DNA of 64,000 nt from the human T2T-CHM13v2.0 reference genome, Homo sapiens: NCBI RefSeq assembly GCF_009914755.1, contig NC_060936.1. One strand, written 5' to 3'. A program made the translations under genes and the position numbers. How positions within the stretch are numbered: position 1 is the first letter of the stretch; each line of letters begins with the position of its first letter. Below, one piece after another: positions 1 through 15,429 of the stretch. The notes beneath the pieces were generated by a model. That model searched no databases. It saw only the letters and a program-made list of their open reading frames with translations, and was not told the origin of the DNA.

Positions 1-383
1 TGGTGTCCTCATGAAGGCAGTCTTGGAGGATGCCACCACCTCTCGTGGGAGTTATCTTCATCTTCTTTCATCCTGGCTGCCCCAGGGCCCGGGATAACCA
101 GAAGCACCTACTCAGCCAGAAGTGGGCCTCTCAGGTGGGCAAGGGGCTTGATTGCCCAGGGAGAGGCAGTGTGACTGTTCTTTGAAGCCAAATCCTCATG
201 GGGAAGGAAGGAACTGGGAGAGGACCCGGAGGCTGCCTGGAGGCCTCCTGTCTGCCTCCCCACTTCCTTTAGCGACGGATTAATAGATCCTCTCCCCACA
301 GTGTCTCACGAATCAGGTCCCTCCTCCATACAGACTCATTCACTCTGAGTACTGTAGGTGTGACCCATTTATCAAAAAGAGAG

Positions 384-585
384 GTTAAGAGAGCAGGCTC
401 TGTGATCCTGACTGCCTAGGTTCAAATCCAGGCTTTTCTAATTAAAAGCTGGGGATCCTTGGGAAAGGCATCTGCAAAATAGGGATACAAAGAGTAAATT
501 CTACATAGGGATGTTTGAAAATTTAATAAATTGAACAGTGCCCAGCACATAGTAGGTGCTCAATAAATGTTAACTTTTATTATTG
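384..585 (+). mobile_element. MIR SINE
   Basis: ggttaagagagcaggctctg...gttcaaatcc...cagcacatagtaggtgctcaataaatgtt matches the MIR 5' and 3' consensus. Confidence 0.75.
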
Positions 586-803
586 TTGTTGTAGATATGA
601 TCTGCATATAGCTGAACAACTCCCAACTTGGGCTCCTACAGTTTTCCTTTCTGTTACTTGGTGCCAAGTGGTTTTGGAAAGCTCATTGGATGCTCTGCTT
701 CTGCCAGATGGATTGGGGCTGAATTGGGCTGTCTTACAAAACCATGTCTCTTGGCTTTCAGTTAAGGGAAAAAGATGGAACATAGGCTATACGGAGGTTG
801 CTG

Positions 804-1122
804 TTTCTTTTTTTCTTTTTCTTTTTCTTTTTTTTTGAGACAGGATCTCACTCTGTCACCCAGGCTAGGTAGAGTGCAGTGGCATGATCTCTGCTCACTG
901 CAACCTCTGCCTCCCGGCTCAAGCGATTCTCATTCCTCAGCCCCCCTCAAGTAGCTGGGACTACAGTCATGCCCCACCACACCCAGCTAATTTTTGCATT
1001 TTTTTTGTAGAGACAGGGTTTCACCATGTTCCCCAGGCTGGTCCCAAACCCTGGGCTCAAGCAATCCTCCTGCCTCATCCCTCAAAGTGCTGGGATTACA
1101 GGGTGAGCAATCATGCCAGGCT
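804..1122 (-). mobile_element. AluJ
   Basis: Poly-T, both arms in reverse, J-type ctgggctcaagcaatcctcc. Confidence 0.92.
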
Positions 1123-1639
1123 ACTTCTTCTTTTTATTTAAGAATCCCAACTCAACATCAATATTTCAATCCAGTCTGGAATTAACTTATTCAGGAAATT
1201 AACTCATTAAATTACTCAGGTCTCCCGCCATCCACAACAAATCAGTCAGTACGTTGTGCATATTTTCACGTGCAAACATGCCCCAAATGGAGAGGTGGTA
1301 AAATGCCCATGGCCAAAAAATAATCTTTCAGACACACCAAAACTTTGCTGTCTCTGGGTACAAATGCTAAGAGTTGAGAGAATGGAAACTACTGGCCTCA
1401 GCCTATGGAGTGTCTAGCTCTTCACTCCTAGCCCCGACAGCCTGTCCAGCAGTGCAGTTTCTCTGGCTCAGCTCCCTCATGTCATCTCCTGCTCCCACCT
1501 CCATGCAGATGAGTCCGTCTCCCCGCTGCAGCTAGACACGGCCTCCTCTGAGCTCCAGAACCTTTTCATCTCACTCAGCCGACTTTCAGTTTCCACTGTC
1601 AAGTCTCATACTTGCAGGCTGATTCTTCTTCTCCTAGCA

Positions 1640-1830
1640 TCTTATTCTTTTCTGCCTCATACTTAACGTAATTTGTAACTATGTGTGTATTTCTGTGTTT
1701 ATTTATTGCCTGTAAAGCTTCATGAAGGCAGAGAACACATCTGTTTTGGCCATCACTCCTCAGTTGATGCCAAACTCAACATCTGGAGCAGAGTAGGAGG
1801 TCCACAAATATTTGTAGAATGAAAGAATGA
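1640..1830 (+). mobile_element. L2 3' end fragment
   Basis: tgtaaagcttcatgaaggcaga...gtaggaggtccacaaatatttgtagaatgaa is the L2 tail. Confidence 0.6.
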
Positions 1831-2199
1831 GCAAACCTATTGATCTAAGTTCCTATGGGACATTTCCATCTGGAGAGCTCAAACTACCTCAAAACTAAAG
1901 CCATCATCTCTCCCCCAAAACCCACTGTTCCTCCTTTCTCCCCAGGCTCTAAGAATGTTACCACCATTGGCCTGGTCACCCCGGTCAGAAAACTGAGACT
2001 TGACTAGCACTCCTTCCTCTCCCTCACCATCTCCAGCTGGTCAGCAGGTCTTACTGAGGCTGCATCGTGAGATTTCTTTATTCCTTCCCTGCTAGACCAC
2101 TGCCACTGCATGGCTCAGGACCCCATCTTTTCTACTTCAGTTTCTACTTTTGATGTCTACACGGTATCCTTGCATGTGAGCTTTAATAGTCCTCTGACC

Positions 2200-2479
2200 T
2201 TGGGAGGCTGAGGCAGGTGGATCACCTGAGGTCAGGAGTTTGAGACCAGCCTGGCCAACATGGTGAAACCCCATCTCTACTAAAAATACAAAAAATCAGC
2301 CAGGTGTGGTGGCACACACCTGTAGTCTTAGCTACTCAGGATGCTGAGGCAGGAGAATTGCTTGAACCCAGGAGGCGGAGGTAGCAGTGAGCCAAGATCA
2401 GGCTACTGCACTCCAGCCTAGGTGACAGAGTGAGATTCCATCTCAAAATAAATTTAAATTAAATTTAAAAATTTAAAAA
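2200..2479 (+). mobile_element. AluS (Sx-like), 5'-truncated
   Basis: ggatcacctgaggtcaggagtttgagaccagcctggccaacatgg; flanking direct repeat tcctctgacc at 2190-99 and 2480-89. Confidence 0.93.
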
Positions 2480-2491
2480 TCCTCTGACCAA

Positions 2492-2773
2492 GGCTGGGCA
2501 CAGTGGCTCACACTTGTAATCCCAGCACTTTGGTAGGCCAAGGCGGGTGGATGACTTGAGCTCAGGAGTTCCAGACCAGCCTGGGCAACATGGCAAGACC
2601 CCATCTCTATGAAAAGTACAAAAATTAGCTGGGTGTGGTGGTGCTTGCCTGTAGTCCCAGCTACTTAGGGGGCTGAAGCAGGAGGATTGCTTGAGCCTGG
2701 GAGGTCGAGGCTGCAGTGAGCTGAGATTGCACCACTGCACTCCAACCTGGGTCACAAAGTAAGACCCTGTCTT
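2492..2773 (+). mobile_element. AluJ
   Basis: ggaggattgcttgagcctgggaggtcgaggctgcagtgagc (J diagnostics). Confidence 0.92.
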
Positions 2774-2858
2774 GAAGAAGAAGGAGAAGAAGGAGAAGGG
2801 GGAGGGGGAGGGGGAGGAAGAAGAGGAAGAGGAAGAAGAAGAACAACAACAACCACAA
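2774..2858 (+). repeat. Compound GAA/GGA/GGGGGA/CAA microsatellite replacing the Alu tail
   Basis: Read directly: gaagaagaaggagaag...ggggagggggag...gaagaagaacaacaacaac. Confidence 0.9.
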
Positions 2859-5800
2859 CCCTCTGATGAGCTCCATCTTCCTCACAGCTACCAGGCTGAA
2901 ACTTCTAAAATGGAAGTCTCGCCATGTGACATCCTCCCTGCTCCTGCTCAGCACAGTTGCCCAGCTCCCATTATACTTTCTATTACACAGTGTCCATTTT
3001 CCCTCTTGAATCTCCTTCTGGACTCAGAGTGTAGTTGGAGTGGCTGGAAGTCAAAAAGGACCTTCTAATGCTTCCAAACCTTCTGGGACAAGTTTTAAAG
3101 AGGCACGAGCAGGGAAGGAGAGCAAAGAGAACATGTCCCAGAATTTGTCAGAGCCATTTATCTCATTCTTTCCATGCCTCTTTGGTTGAATTTTCAAGAG
3201 TCAGCACAAAACACAAAGTGGAACTTAGAGTTTTCCAGATTCTGTTCAGTGTGATCCTCTGGGAAGCATGTGGATTGGAAGTCATATAGACCTTTAAATT
3301 TGAATCCCAGCTCGGCTTCTTGTAGCTCTGTTATTTCACCTCTTTGAACTTCCATTTGTCCTTCGTAAGGTGAGAACACAACCATCCTCATGAGACTGAT
3401 GTGAGCAATGAATTAGACATTGTAGCTAAGACATCCAGTGCCATGCCTGGCACAAGGGGAGCCCCCTTCCTCCCTAAAGCAGTCACTCATATTATACTTT
3501 TTGGGCTCTAAAATGCTGTTTTCATTGTCCTTAAAGAAACCTGCCTGTGATTCTTTCTAGAGGGATCGTTATTTCTTCCGGCTCCCTGATGGAACAGGTT
3601 TTAGTGTTTAGCACTGGAAAACACATGTGGAAGAACTTCAGAGGCAAGGGGGCCTCTGTTTTCAGTCAAGTGTTTATTCACACCAGCTCTGTACCAAAGC
3701 CTCCAAAAGAGAATTTCCAATAGAAGTTAGGACTCTAATTTGGAGTTATTTCTTTCTCTCCTCTCTCTCTCTCTCCCTGTGTTCTTTTTATCCTGCAAAT
3801 CTATCAAACAGGATCATCTCCTTGACTATCATTATTCTGACAAAGTCAGGTAGGGCCATGATGCTTATATGGTTTTCCTCTAGACTATAAGCTCTTCAAG
3901 AACAGGGGCTGAATATTATTTGTTTTCATCTGTGCCCAACAGACGGCCTGGGAAATATTGGTGAAATATGGATTATTTTATGCCTCAAACCATCCTTTCT
4001 TGTCAGAACAGCCTTTCTTGGCTGAGGTATTTGGAAGTAGGCCTGCATGCACCATTTTACCATTTCATGTGGGCACAGCTTTGGAGTTGCTGCATTTGTT
4101 TTGGATAGTTTCGTTTTTCATTGTGGAATTTTGAAGAAGCTTAGTGCCAGTGTGAGATTTCTGTAGTCTAAGTTTTTCCAGAACTTTGGCTACTATTTCT
4201 TGAGCTTCTAAAATCATTCAGTTACCTCAGATATTTTTATTTTACAAAACTCAGACAAATTTTATAATATTTACGATTAGGTGATATTTATTTTCCAAAT
4301 AGTAATGATAAATGAAAACACCTTAATTTTGATGGGAGGGGCCATGTGAGGGTACTGTTTTCAAAAAGAATCATCCTAAATCTAGAATAAGGTTTCTCTC
4401 ACCTGTATCATTACCGGAAATATCCGTGATTCCTACATGTCTTTGGCCATGGATGATTTTAGTAATTTATTACCACAAGATGAAAAAAATAGTAGGATAA
4501 ATGGGAGTATTTTGTTGCCTCAGGTAGCTAGCTGGTAATACCTAGGGTAACTGTGAGCAGCTTCACTTGGAAAACTAGACAATTAAGTAGTTCTGCCCTC
4601 TTCCAGTCTCACTGAAAACAAACCAGAATTTATTCCTAGGTAGTGGTAGCTCTTGTTACTTTTGCAAACGGAATGTACAGACATTTATATCAGGGAAATG
4701 TCTGCCAGGGGAATCTCAACTACAAACATGAGTATACAATCACCAATCACCAACTGTTTGAGGAAAACTAATAATGTGAAACAAAATAATCTTAACAAAT
4801 GGAAGAATTTACACTTGAAGAAACAGAGTTAATAAAACAGACATAACAGACATTAGCAGTGAATGACAACCAAATACATGTTCCATGATACTCACTCTAC
4901 CAAAAGCTCACCCCAACACATTACATCTTAACATTTTTTATCTCTGTGATGTATGTGACAAGTGAGATTCAAACTTCAACTTACTCCTATGGACATACCT
5001 GCAGTTATGCAATAAGTCCAGCATGTTAGTTATAGCTCTACTCTGTTCTTTTCCTCTAAGGAATGTAAATCAGAATGCAAGTGAGTAGAGGTATCCTTGA
5101 TACAAGCAGCACTACCAGTCAGGATACTTAGTTGCAAAAGCTGAACCTCTCATGACTGCTTAAAGCAGGAAGAAAACCTCTGGGAGGCCCAGTATGGGTA
5201 GAGGATTAACAAATCTTTTCCCCTTCTGCATGAAAATTTGACCTTGAATTAACTCTCTAGCTCTGTTCCCCTGGAGGAAACCTTATAAAAATTGCAGTGT
5301 CAACCCTTATGTTTCTGGGAAACATTGCTTATGGCCAGAATGATCCCAGATTGACAAATTACATCTGGCCTGGAGGTACCAGAAATATTGATAAAGACCC
5401 AGAGCTTTGGACTTCCCTTAATTTATTAACTCTCGTAACTAGCTGTGTCTTTTGAAGAGGCCTTGGAAGCTATTGCTATGGAGTTGTTACAAGAGATATT
5501 GGGGCTTGTAAAACAGGGCAGGGCACCTTGCACAATCACCCATGTAGATCTCAGCTCCTTGCACCTGCATGTCACCTGGACAGGAGATAAGTTCCTGATG
5601 ACTGGGCGAACTGCTACAAGGGCTCCCACTGAAAGAATATCTGATACTGTCCTGCTGGGCCCAGGTAGCCTATGATAGTCCCATGAATCTAAGTGTTTAG
5701 TAGATCCTAATAAGACTTCTGGTGGGCATTGAAGCCAGAGGGCCAGGCTTTGAGGCTATATAACCAGGCTACATAACCTGGGATTGCACCCCAAGACTGC

Positions 5801-6149
5801 TCTAGCAGAGATCTCACAGCCACTAGTACTAGGCACAGACACTGGACCTCACACCACTGATGCTGGCCATTGAACACTCCAACAGGACCTGTCATTGTTT
5901 CCCCTAAAGGCTGAGTGTCTCTCTCACCACCCATATCAGCTCCATGTACCCCACATGTCACAGGACCTGCCTGGACCCTAACAAGGGAGTCTGGGAAGGT
6001 GAATTTCTACCTGGTAGAATTATGGACTCGTAATATGGAAAATTCTCTGAACACGGTAACATCATCGGTGGTTCTGGGAAGCTAAAAAAAAAAAAAATGA
6101 AAAACAACAACAACAACAAAAAACTGACAAAATCCACTATATTCTTCTA

Positions 6150-6469
<320 letters not shown>

Positions 6470-7109
6470 TCTGCTAATTTACTTTAAAAAAAATAAATAA
6501 CCCACAAGTGAATCATTTGCACAGGCCAGCACTTATGACCATTATTAGTCACACAAGTCACAACTGACTGGCTTACACATCACAGTTGAGAACAAAAATA
6601 CCACCCCTATGTAAGGACTCCTTGGTCTAACACCCTGGAAGCCTCAATAGCAAGAAGGAGAGAGGAGAGCCATTCCTGGTATCCTAAGCAGGGATTCAGA
6701 AGGTCTATTCTCAGAGGAAGAATGCTACTTCCTTATCTTCCTGAGGGAGCAATCACATCTGGCTCATTTTGCAGTCCCCTACAATGCCCAGCCCAGGGCT
6801 AATGGCTCTGGAGAAACTCAGAGTTGCTGGATGAATGGGGACATGCTAGAGCGAGAAGATGAGATATTAGATCTGTTTTCTGTAGACCTGGAATCTCAAC
6901 CACCATATAAATGATTCCTAAGGAGAAAAAAAAATACATGTTGAATTCTAAATTATTGACCCAAAAAGCAAAGTTTTGAAACATGATCCATTTGTAACTT
7001 GAGCATTGTGGCAATTTATTTCCTCTGGCCATGGTAAAAACTGCTGTAGCTCCACTATGTTTCAGACTGCAGGTTACAGCCCATGAGTGGGCCATTACAT
7101 CAATGTGCT

Positions 7110-7638
<529 letters not shown>

Positions 7639-8834
7639 ATAATCTTCCTTTTCAGAAAAATCAGTGAGAATTAAATTTTTAAAATCAGAGTAGTTTTTGC
7701 CCCAGTTATATTAACCTAACTGAAGTTGATTTCTTGCCCAAGGCCATACCTGAAGTTGGAGAAGGAATACTTGAACCTTTGGAGTCAAGCCCTGGTCTGG
7801 GCTCCTAGCCATTAGTCTGTTTTGCTTCCATAGGCAGTGGTTTTAAAGAAATAAAGTTTGAAAGCCTCATCCCCAGTCCCTATAATTTTTTTCATAATCT
7901 TCATTAGTATTTGCAGGGTATAAAATGAATACACTTATTAAATAAAATGTGACAAGTCCAAAAAATCTAAAGAAGGAACTTTGAATGACTCCTAGTCTCC
8001 GTATCCAGCGATAAGCACTATGACTATATAAGGCATTTCCTTCTAGTCTAGTTTTCTGCGTACATACAACAGCTTTTGGTTGTTTCACAATATAGGATCC
8101 AGATACTACACCTACTTTTGTTGATTTGTGCCATTGGATAGCCTTCAAAAGCATGACTTGTTTGTTCTGTCATTGGACATGAAATTTAGTCAAAAGAGAT
8201 CTTAGAACAGAGAAAGTTCACTTCTTTCATGTCAAAGTTAATGAAATCGAAGCCCAGAGTGATGAGGGACTTGGATGGAGTCACGAGCACATTTCTAGAG
8301 GCTTTGCAAGGCAGTGCCTCCGTGCCTTTACTTATGTTTTGCCCTCTTGAAATGCTTCCTTCCCTCTGTGCCATCCTCTAGCTACCTCCTTAAGTTCATA
8401 CTTCAAGATCCAATTTAGGCATCACCCCCAGAAACCCTTCCCTACCACTTCAGATTGTACTAAATGATCAGTGCATAGCATATAGTAAGTGCTCAATAAA
8501 TACTTGCAGAACTGAACAGAGCTGGGCCTGAAACCTAGGTGTTCCTGCTTCCAGCCCAGAGAGCCATGTTGCCGAATCAACTCAGGCAGTCCTCATTTTG
8601 GTACTGGTTCTTGCATTCAAGTGCTGTGTGACCTCAAGGCTTCAGTTTCTTCAGCTGTGAACAAGAAATAATAATTTATACTTCATGGGGTTGTTTCAGT
8701 GACAAATGAACTAACTAACATAAGTGTCATGCATGATCATTGACACCATGGTGGGTGATCCATGAATGGTGGGGATTATTCTCTACTCCCTTAATCCAGA
8801 TTGATCTCTTCTTTGATATTGCAAGAGATTTTGA

Positions 8835-9005
8835 TGAACACTTACAAATGTGGCAGGCCCTGCTCTAAATACTTTATGTGTATTAACTCATTCAGTCCTC
8901 CCAATACTCCTTGAGGCAGGAGCAGATAGCCTTACCTCTTCCCATTTTACAGATGAGGAAACTGAGATGCAACACGGTCATGTAAGTTGCCCAAGGTCAT
9001 GCACA
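8835..9005 (-). mobile_element. MIR
   Basis: cccattttacagatgaggaaactgag...tgcccaaggtca MIR core in reverse. Confidence 0.8.
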
Positions 9006-9243
9006 TTGGGGCAACTCTATAAGTATCACAAATGTCAAATGAGTGCTGGGTGACTATAGGGAAGGGAGCTACATGCTAAGGGGACAGAATATGCACCACC
9101 GGGGGAGGAAGGTGAGTGCACAGAGAGTGAGACCTTGTCCAGAAGAGGCTTTGGATGCAGCCCCAGACCAAGCTGGAAGGAAGGTTGAGAGACTTGATAA
9201 GGTGGCAGGACGTTCTCCTGTAGGCAGTGAAGAATTCAGAAGA

Positions 9244-9663
<420 letters not shown>

Positions 9664-9949
9664 CTACTATGTGTCATGTACTGTGTGAGACACTTTACAT
9701 ACAGAGTTTAATTTAACCCCCACATCAACCTTGTGAAGTAGGTTATGTCTCACCTGCAGATGAGAACATTAAGTCTTTGATCCTAAATTGTTGCTTAGTA
9801 GGAACATGTTATTTGGAACCTAAGGATCGTCATAGCACATTTTTTATTTTTAATTAATAATATTTAGATATGCTTATGGGGTACAGTGTGCTATTTCAAT
9901 ACATGTATACATCAATTAGGAAGAATAGTTCTAGATTTTTTTTTTTATT

Positions 9950-10175
9950 CTAGAGCCAGAATGCCTAGGTGAATATTCAGAGCTCTAATACTCATTAGCT
10001 GTGTGGCCTTAAATAAGTTACTTAACCACTCTGAGCCTCAGTCTCCTTATCTGTAAAATGGAAGATAATCATAGAATCTACTTCAGAGGGCTGTTATTAA
10101 GCAGTTTTGTGTTAATATATTTAAAGCACTTAAAACTCAGCACACATTAGCCTTTTTATAGATAATAGCCGTTAC
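9950..10175 (+). mobile_element. MIR
   Basis: agctgtgtggccttaaataagttacttaaccactctgagcctcagtctccttatctgtaaaatgg. Confidence 0.8.
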
Positions 10176-10219
10176 TATTCTCACTGTCATGGTGTTTATG
10201 GCCTGGATATATATTCTAG

Positions 10220-10380
10220 CAGAGCCTCTCAAACATTAATGACTTGAATCACCTGGGATCTTCTTAAAATGCAGATCCTATTCATTAGGACTGGGGTGGG
10301 GCCTGAGAGTCTCTGTTTCTAACAAGCTCCCAGGTGAGGCTGTTGCTGCTGGTTCAGGGACAACACTGTGAATAACAAGG
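10220..10380. mobile_element. MER5A-type (hAT-Charlie)
   Basis: gaatcacctgggatcttcttaaaatgcagatcc...ggggtggggcctgaga...tctaacaagctcccaggtga. Confidence 0.8.
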
Positions 10381-11199
10381 TATAGTTGTTTTTTGTGCAT
10401 GTGTCTTATCTCTGTTCCTTAACCGAAAACAACCTCCATTTTTAAGTTACCTAAAGGCAAGAAATCAGCTTTTGTAGTGACTTTTGTCTCCCTGGTAGAG
10501 CTTAGCCTGTCATAGGTGCTTATAAATATTCCTCAGACTTTGGGGGCTGGAGTGAGCCTTGCAGGGCCTCGACTCCCCTTCCCTCATGTGAGGCTGGATC
10601 CCTCTGCAGTTTGCTGAAATGAGTGGGTCCCCAAGGTCAGACGTGGCCAGCCTGCAGAACTCTCAGGCTTTGGAGCAGCAGCTGCCAAGTGATAGCTTCG
10701 AGCATCCCAATTTAATGATCATCCTTAGCCTAACAAGGCAGCCAGCTCCTCTAACATGGCTCAGGAATGACAAATGAGTGACAAGCTGTGCCAGGAAAAG
10801 GTGAGGCAGGATTAGACAGGTGTCCTCCCTGGGGACAGCATCAGGGCAAATCCCAAACTTCACCCACTTCAGGGCTGTTAAACACCTCTGGCCTCCAGGG
10901 CTTGTCAAACAGCTTCTACTCGGTTGCCAAGGAGTTCTCAGCCGAGGGGTAGAAATTGTTTCTGACCACAGGTGACAAGCTACGAGGTTCAAGTTTAAGA
11001 AACAGCTCTCTCTCACAACGTGCATGTTTAGTCTGATCAGATGGATAGGCTGCACTTGTTAATTTCAATGTCCAGGTCTTTTTGGAATCCCACTAAACTG
11101 GCTGCCACATCAATCTAGTTTGGTCTAATACCAGCTTCTCTTTATTTCATGGGAAAACGGAAAAAAAATCTGACTTCTATGACACAAAGACTAAGGAAC

Positions 11200-11396
11200 C
11201 AGAGCTGCACTGTCCAGCATGGTCACCACTAACCGTGTGTGGCTATTTACGTTTAAATTGATTCAAATTAAATAAACTCCTCTATACCATGCGCCTCATT
11301 TCAGATGCTTGACAGCTGCATGTGGCTCAGTGGCTCCTGTATTGTACAGCATAGGACATTCCCATCATCACAGAAACTTCTATGGGACATCCCTGA
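11200..11396. mobile_element. MER3 (hAT-Charlie)
   Basis: ctgtccagcatggtcaccactaaccgtgtgtggctattta...catcatcacagaaacttctatgggaca. Confidence 0.75.
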
Positions 11397-11638
11397 ATTA
11401 GAGACTCAATGCAGGTAGTATCCCCCTTCCAGAAAAACAGACTGAAAATCCCACTCTCAAAGCAACAGAGAAGGATTCATTGTAGAGACCAGGGACCAAC
11501 TCACCTACTGAAACATATGCCACATGACTGTGTTTTGATCCTCTTAGAGCTGAGTTTCTTAAAGCAGCCATCATCATCATCACCATCTCATTTTGCCAGG
11601 TGTTTATGATGTGTCAGGCTGTCTTCTAAGTGCCTTAG

Positions 11639-12029
<391 letters not shown>

Positions 12030-12316
12030 TAGCTTACCCAGGTCATATAGCTATCACCAGGCAGAACTGGGATGCAAAGGCAGGAGGCTTGAGTGCAGAG
12101 TTCACCCTCTCAACTGCATCCCATGCTGGGATGAGATGAGAAGGATGCAGGGTATAGAGAGAGGGCAGAAGAGTCTGTGTGAAGGTGAAATGTCTGAAAA
12201 TCTAAGGCCAAAAACATTCTTGCCTTAATGTACATCGCCCTTCATCTTCCCTTTTTCCTTTTAGTTTTGTCCCTGGCTTAGGAGCAACAAATATTGCTAA
12301 TAAAAGTGGAATAGTG

Positions 12317-13040
<724 letters not shown>

Positions 13041-13229
13041 TATATAAATAAACGCAGAACCTGCTTCTTAAATCTTTACTTCAATATTAATTGAGCTTTT
13101 CATTTTTCATTTTATTTTAATTTTTTTCATGGTTGATTCTATTTATTATTAAGCTTTTATCAGCCAGTCGTTCATTTAGTCAATCCATAAGCATGCATTA
13201 AGTGCCAGCTATAAGCACAATAATAGTGA

Positions 13230-13475
13230 GAGATAATATTCATCAAATTATTTGTGTGCCAGGCACCATTCTAAGTACTTTACATGAATTAACTCATTTA
13301 TCCCCCATGATAACTCCATGAGGTATGTATTATTATTGTCATCCCTGTTTTACAGATAGACAAAGTGAGGCTGAGGATAGCTAATTTGCCCAAGATCACA
13401 GGGACTGGAAGTGGTAGCACAGGGATTCAGGCCCAGCAGGCTGGCTCCAGAACTTGCTTCCTTTGCCACCATACT
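13230..13475 (-). mobile_element. MIR
   Basis: tgtgccaggcaccattctaagtactttacatgaattaactcattta...tgcccaagatcaca. Confidence 0.8.
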
Positions 13476-15429
13476 TTTGCTGCTGTGTGTCCAGCCCTTT
13501 GCCAGGGAGGGGGGACTCCGGGAGGCCTCACATGACTCCCGTTCAGCACAGCCAGAATGGAGAAAGAGTGCAGTGTCAGAAGGGAACTGCTGGGAATGGG
13601 ACAGATCAGGGAAGGTGGTATTTGAATCGGACTTTGAAAGATGAATAGGACTTTGAAAGATGAATAAAACCAGCCATTTGAGGATTGGAAATTGGGAAAG
13701 TGTTCTAGGTGAGAGGAGCAGCTGTCAAAGGTTCCAGGTAGGAAATCCAGAGATAGTGGGGGACGCATAGACCAACTGAGACAGACTGGCTTGGGGGCTG
13801 GACTGCCCATCAGCTCGTTTGCAGAGGTGCAGCTGTTTAACCAGTTATTAAAATGCTGAAATGCTTCTCTCTATGGGTTAGTAAAAAGCCACTGCCTCAA
13901 GTGCTCCCAAAGCCACGATGTCCCTGCCATCCAGCAACAACAGCTTGGCATCTGGCCCTGCAGGTGCTCCAGGATGCCCTGTCTGCGCTGAGGCTGTAGG
14001 AGTTGATCGGTGCCTGAGCCTTAACAGTAGTTAAATATTTAGAATATCATCCTGAGTTGAGAGTGTCGGGGAGAAGATTTTTGTCTGCAGGTGTCATGGG
14101 GGCCTTTGATCCTTTGACAGCAGGGTTAGGGTTGAAGGTTTGGATTGGGGAGAAGCATAAGCAAAATCCAAATGCCTCTGCTCATCCTTCAGGACTCAGC
14201 TGCATCCCCACCTCTCCCGTGAAAGATTTGCTGACCTGCGCCCCTGGCAGGAGAAGGCCTCCTCTGTTCACAACCCCTTCAGTGAATAATTTTAATAGTC
14301 CTTGAGTGCCAGCTCATGCCAGGCCCTGTGACGAGAGCTTTTCCAGAGAATTCCACTTAAACTTCACAGTCATTCTCTCAGCTACTGTTATTTTGCCTAT
14401 TTAACAGATGAGAAGAGTGAGGAGATGTTCTGGGGCTTGCCCAAGGTCACACAGCTAAGTTAGGATGTGGCAGGGCTGGACGTTGAGCCCCAGCACTGTG
14501 ATCCCAGAGCCTGCGTCCTCTTGCCCACCCCCGTGGGGCCCCATGACTGCTCTGGCATTATTTGCTTCCATGTCTGTCTCCACTGCCAAACTTTGAGCTC
14601 TGCACAAGCAGGGACTGGGCTTTGATCATTTCTCTCACTTTCTGACAGCCAGACAAGGCCTGGCACAGAGTGGGTGGGGAAGAGAAGGATCAGTTAGGAC
14701 CTAGCCCCAGGGGACTGGAGCAGAGAGAGATGTAGGGACCAGCTGGATGCTTCCTGCAAGAGTCCCAAAGAGAGATGACAAGCCCATGGCTGAGTGAGTG
14801 TCATCCTCAGTGTCTCCCAGAGAGAGATCACCAGTTGGCCTCCTCCTTTCTCCCGAATGGTCCCAAGGGAAGCCACATTGGCCTCCCCAGGTTGTTGGCT
14901 TGCTCTCATTTGCCTGGAACTGACAGCCCCGTGTGTGCTGTGTGTCTGGGGCCAACACTCAGGGGGAAAAAACAACATTAGCGAATATTAGCCCTTGAAG
15001 CTGCCCAGTGCAAACTGAGGCTGGCCCAGCATGACAGGAACCAATGGAAGCCTGGTGCCCAAATGCCTGGGAGCAGAGGGGCCTGCAGAGAGAAAGCACT
15101 GTCTGAGCTCATCCCACTTTTGAACCATCTGCCCCTGCACCAAGTTTCCACTCTTTTTTTATCCTTTCAGAAATAGTGATATTGACAGCTGCCAGCACGC
15201 AGCTGGTTTTCACATGTTATGGGAAGTAGCCCCGGCAGTAAATTTGGTCATTTGCCCAGTAGACATGGTATCTGAGTTGAATGTGTATTCTTCAAAGTCT
15301 GACTTCACAAACAAACCCTCTACAGGTATACAGTTCCCTGGATTTTTATTGATTTAATTACATTTTCCCCATCCCTCCATTTTGCTCTCCTCACAGACTA
15401 CATCTTTTTATACCTACAATAAAAGGTGC

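Noticed and set aside
884-2954. ORFs such as MISAHCNLCL..., [11 protein letters not shown]... and similar ones at 7249, 12377, 25797, 45441, 51791 and 59572
   Set aside because: Translations of Alu sequence.
2772-3068. Lys/Glu/Gln-rich 98-aa ORF
   Set aside because: Translation of the microsatellite Alu tail, with a TTG start.
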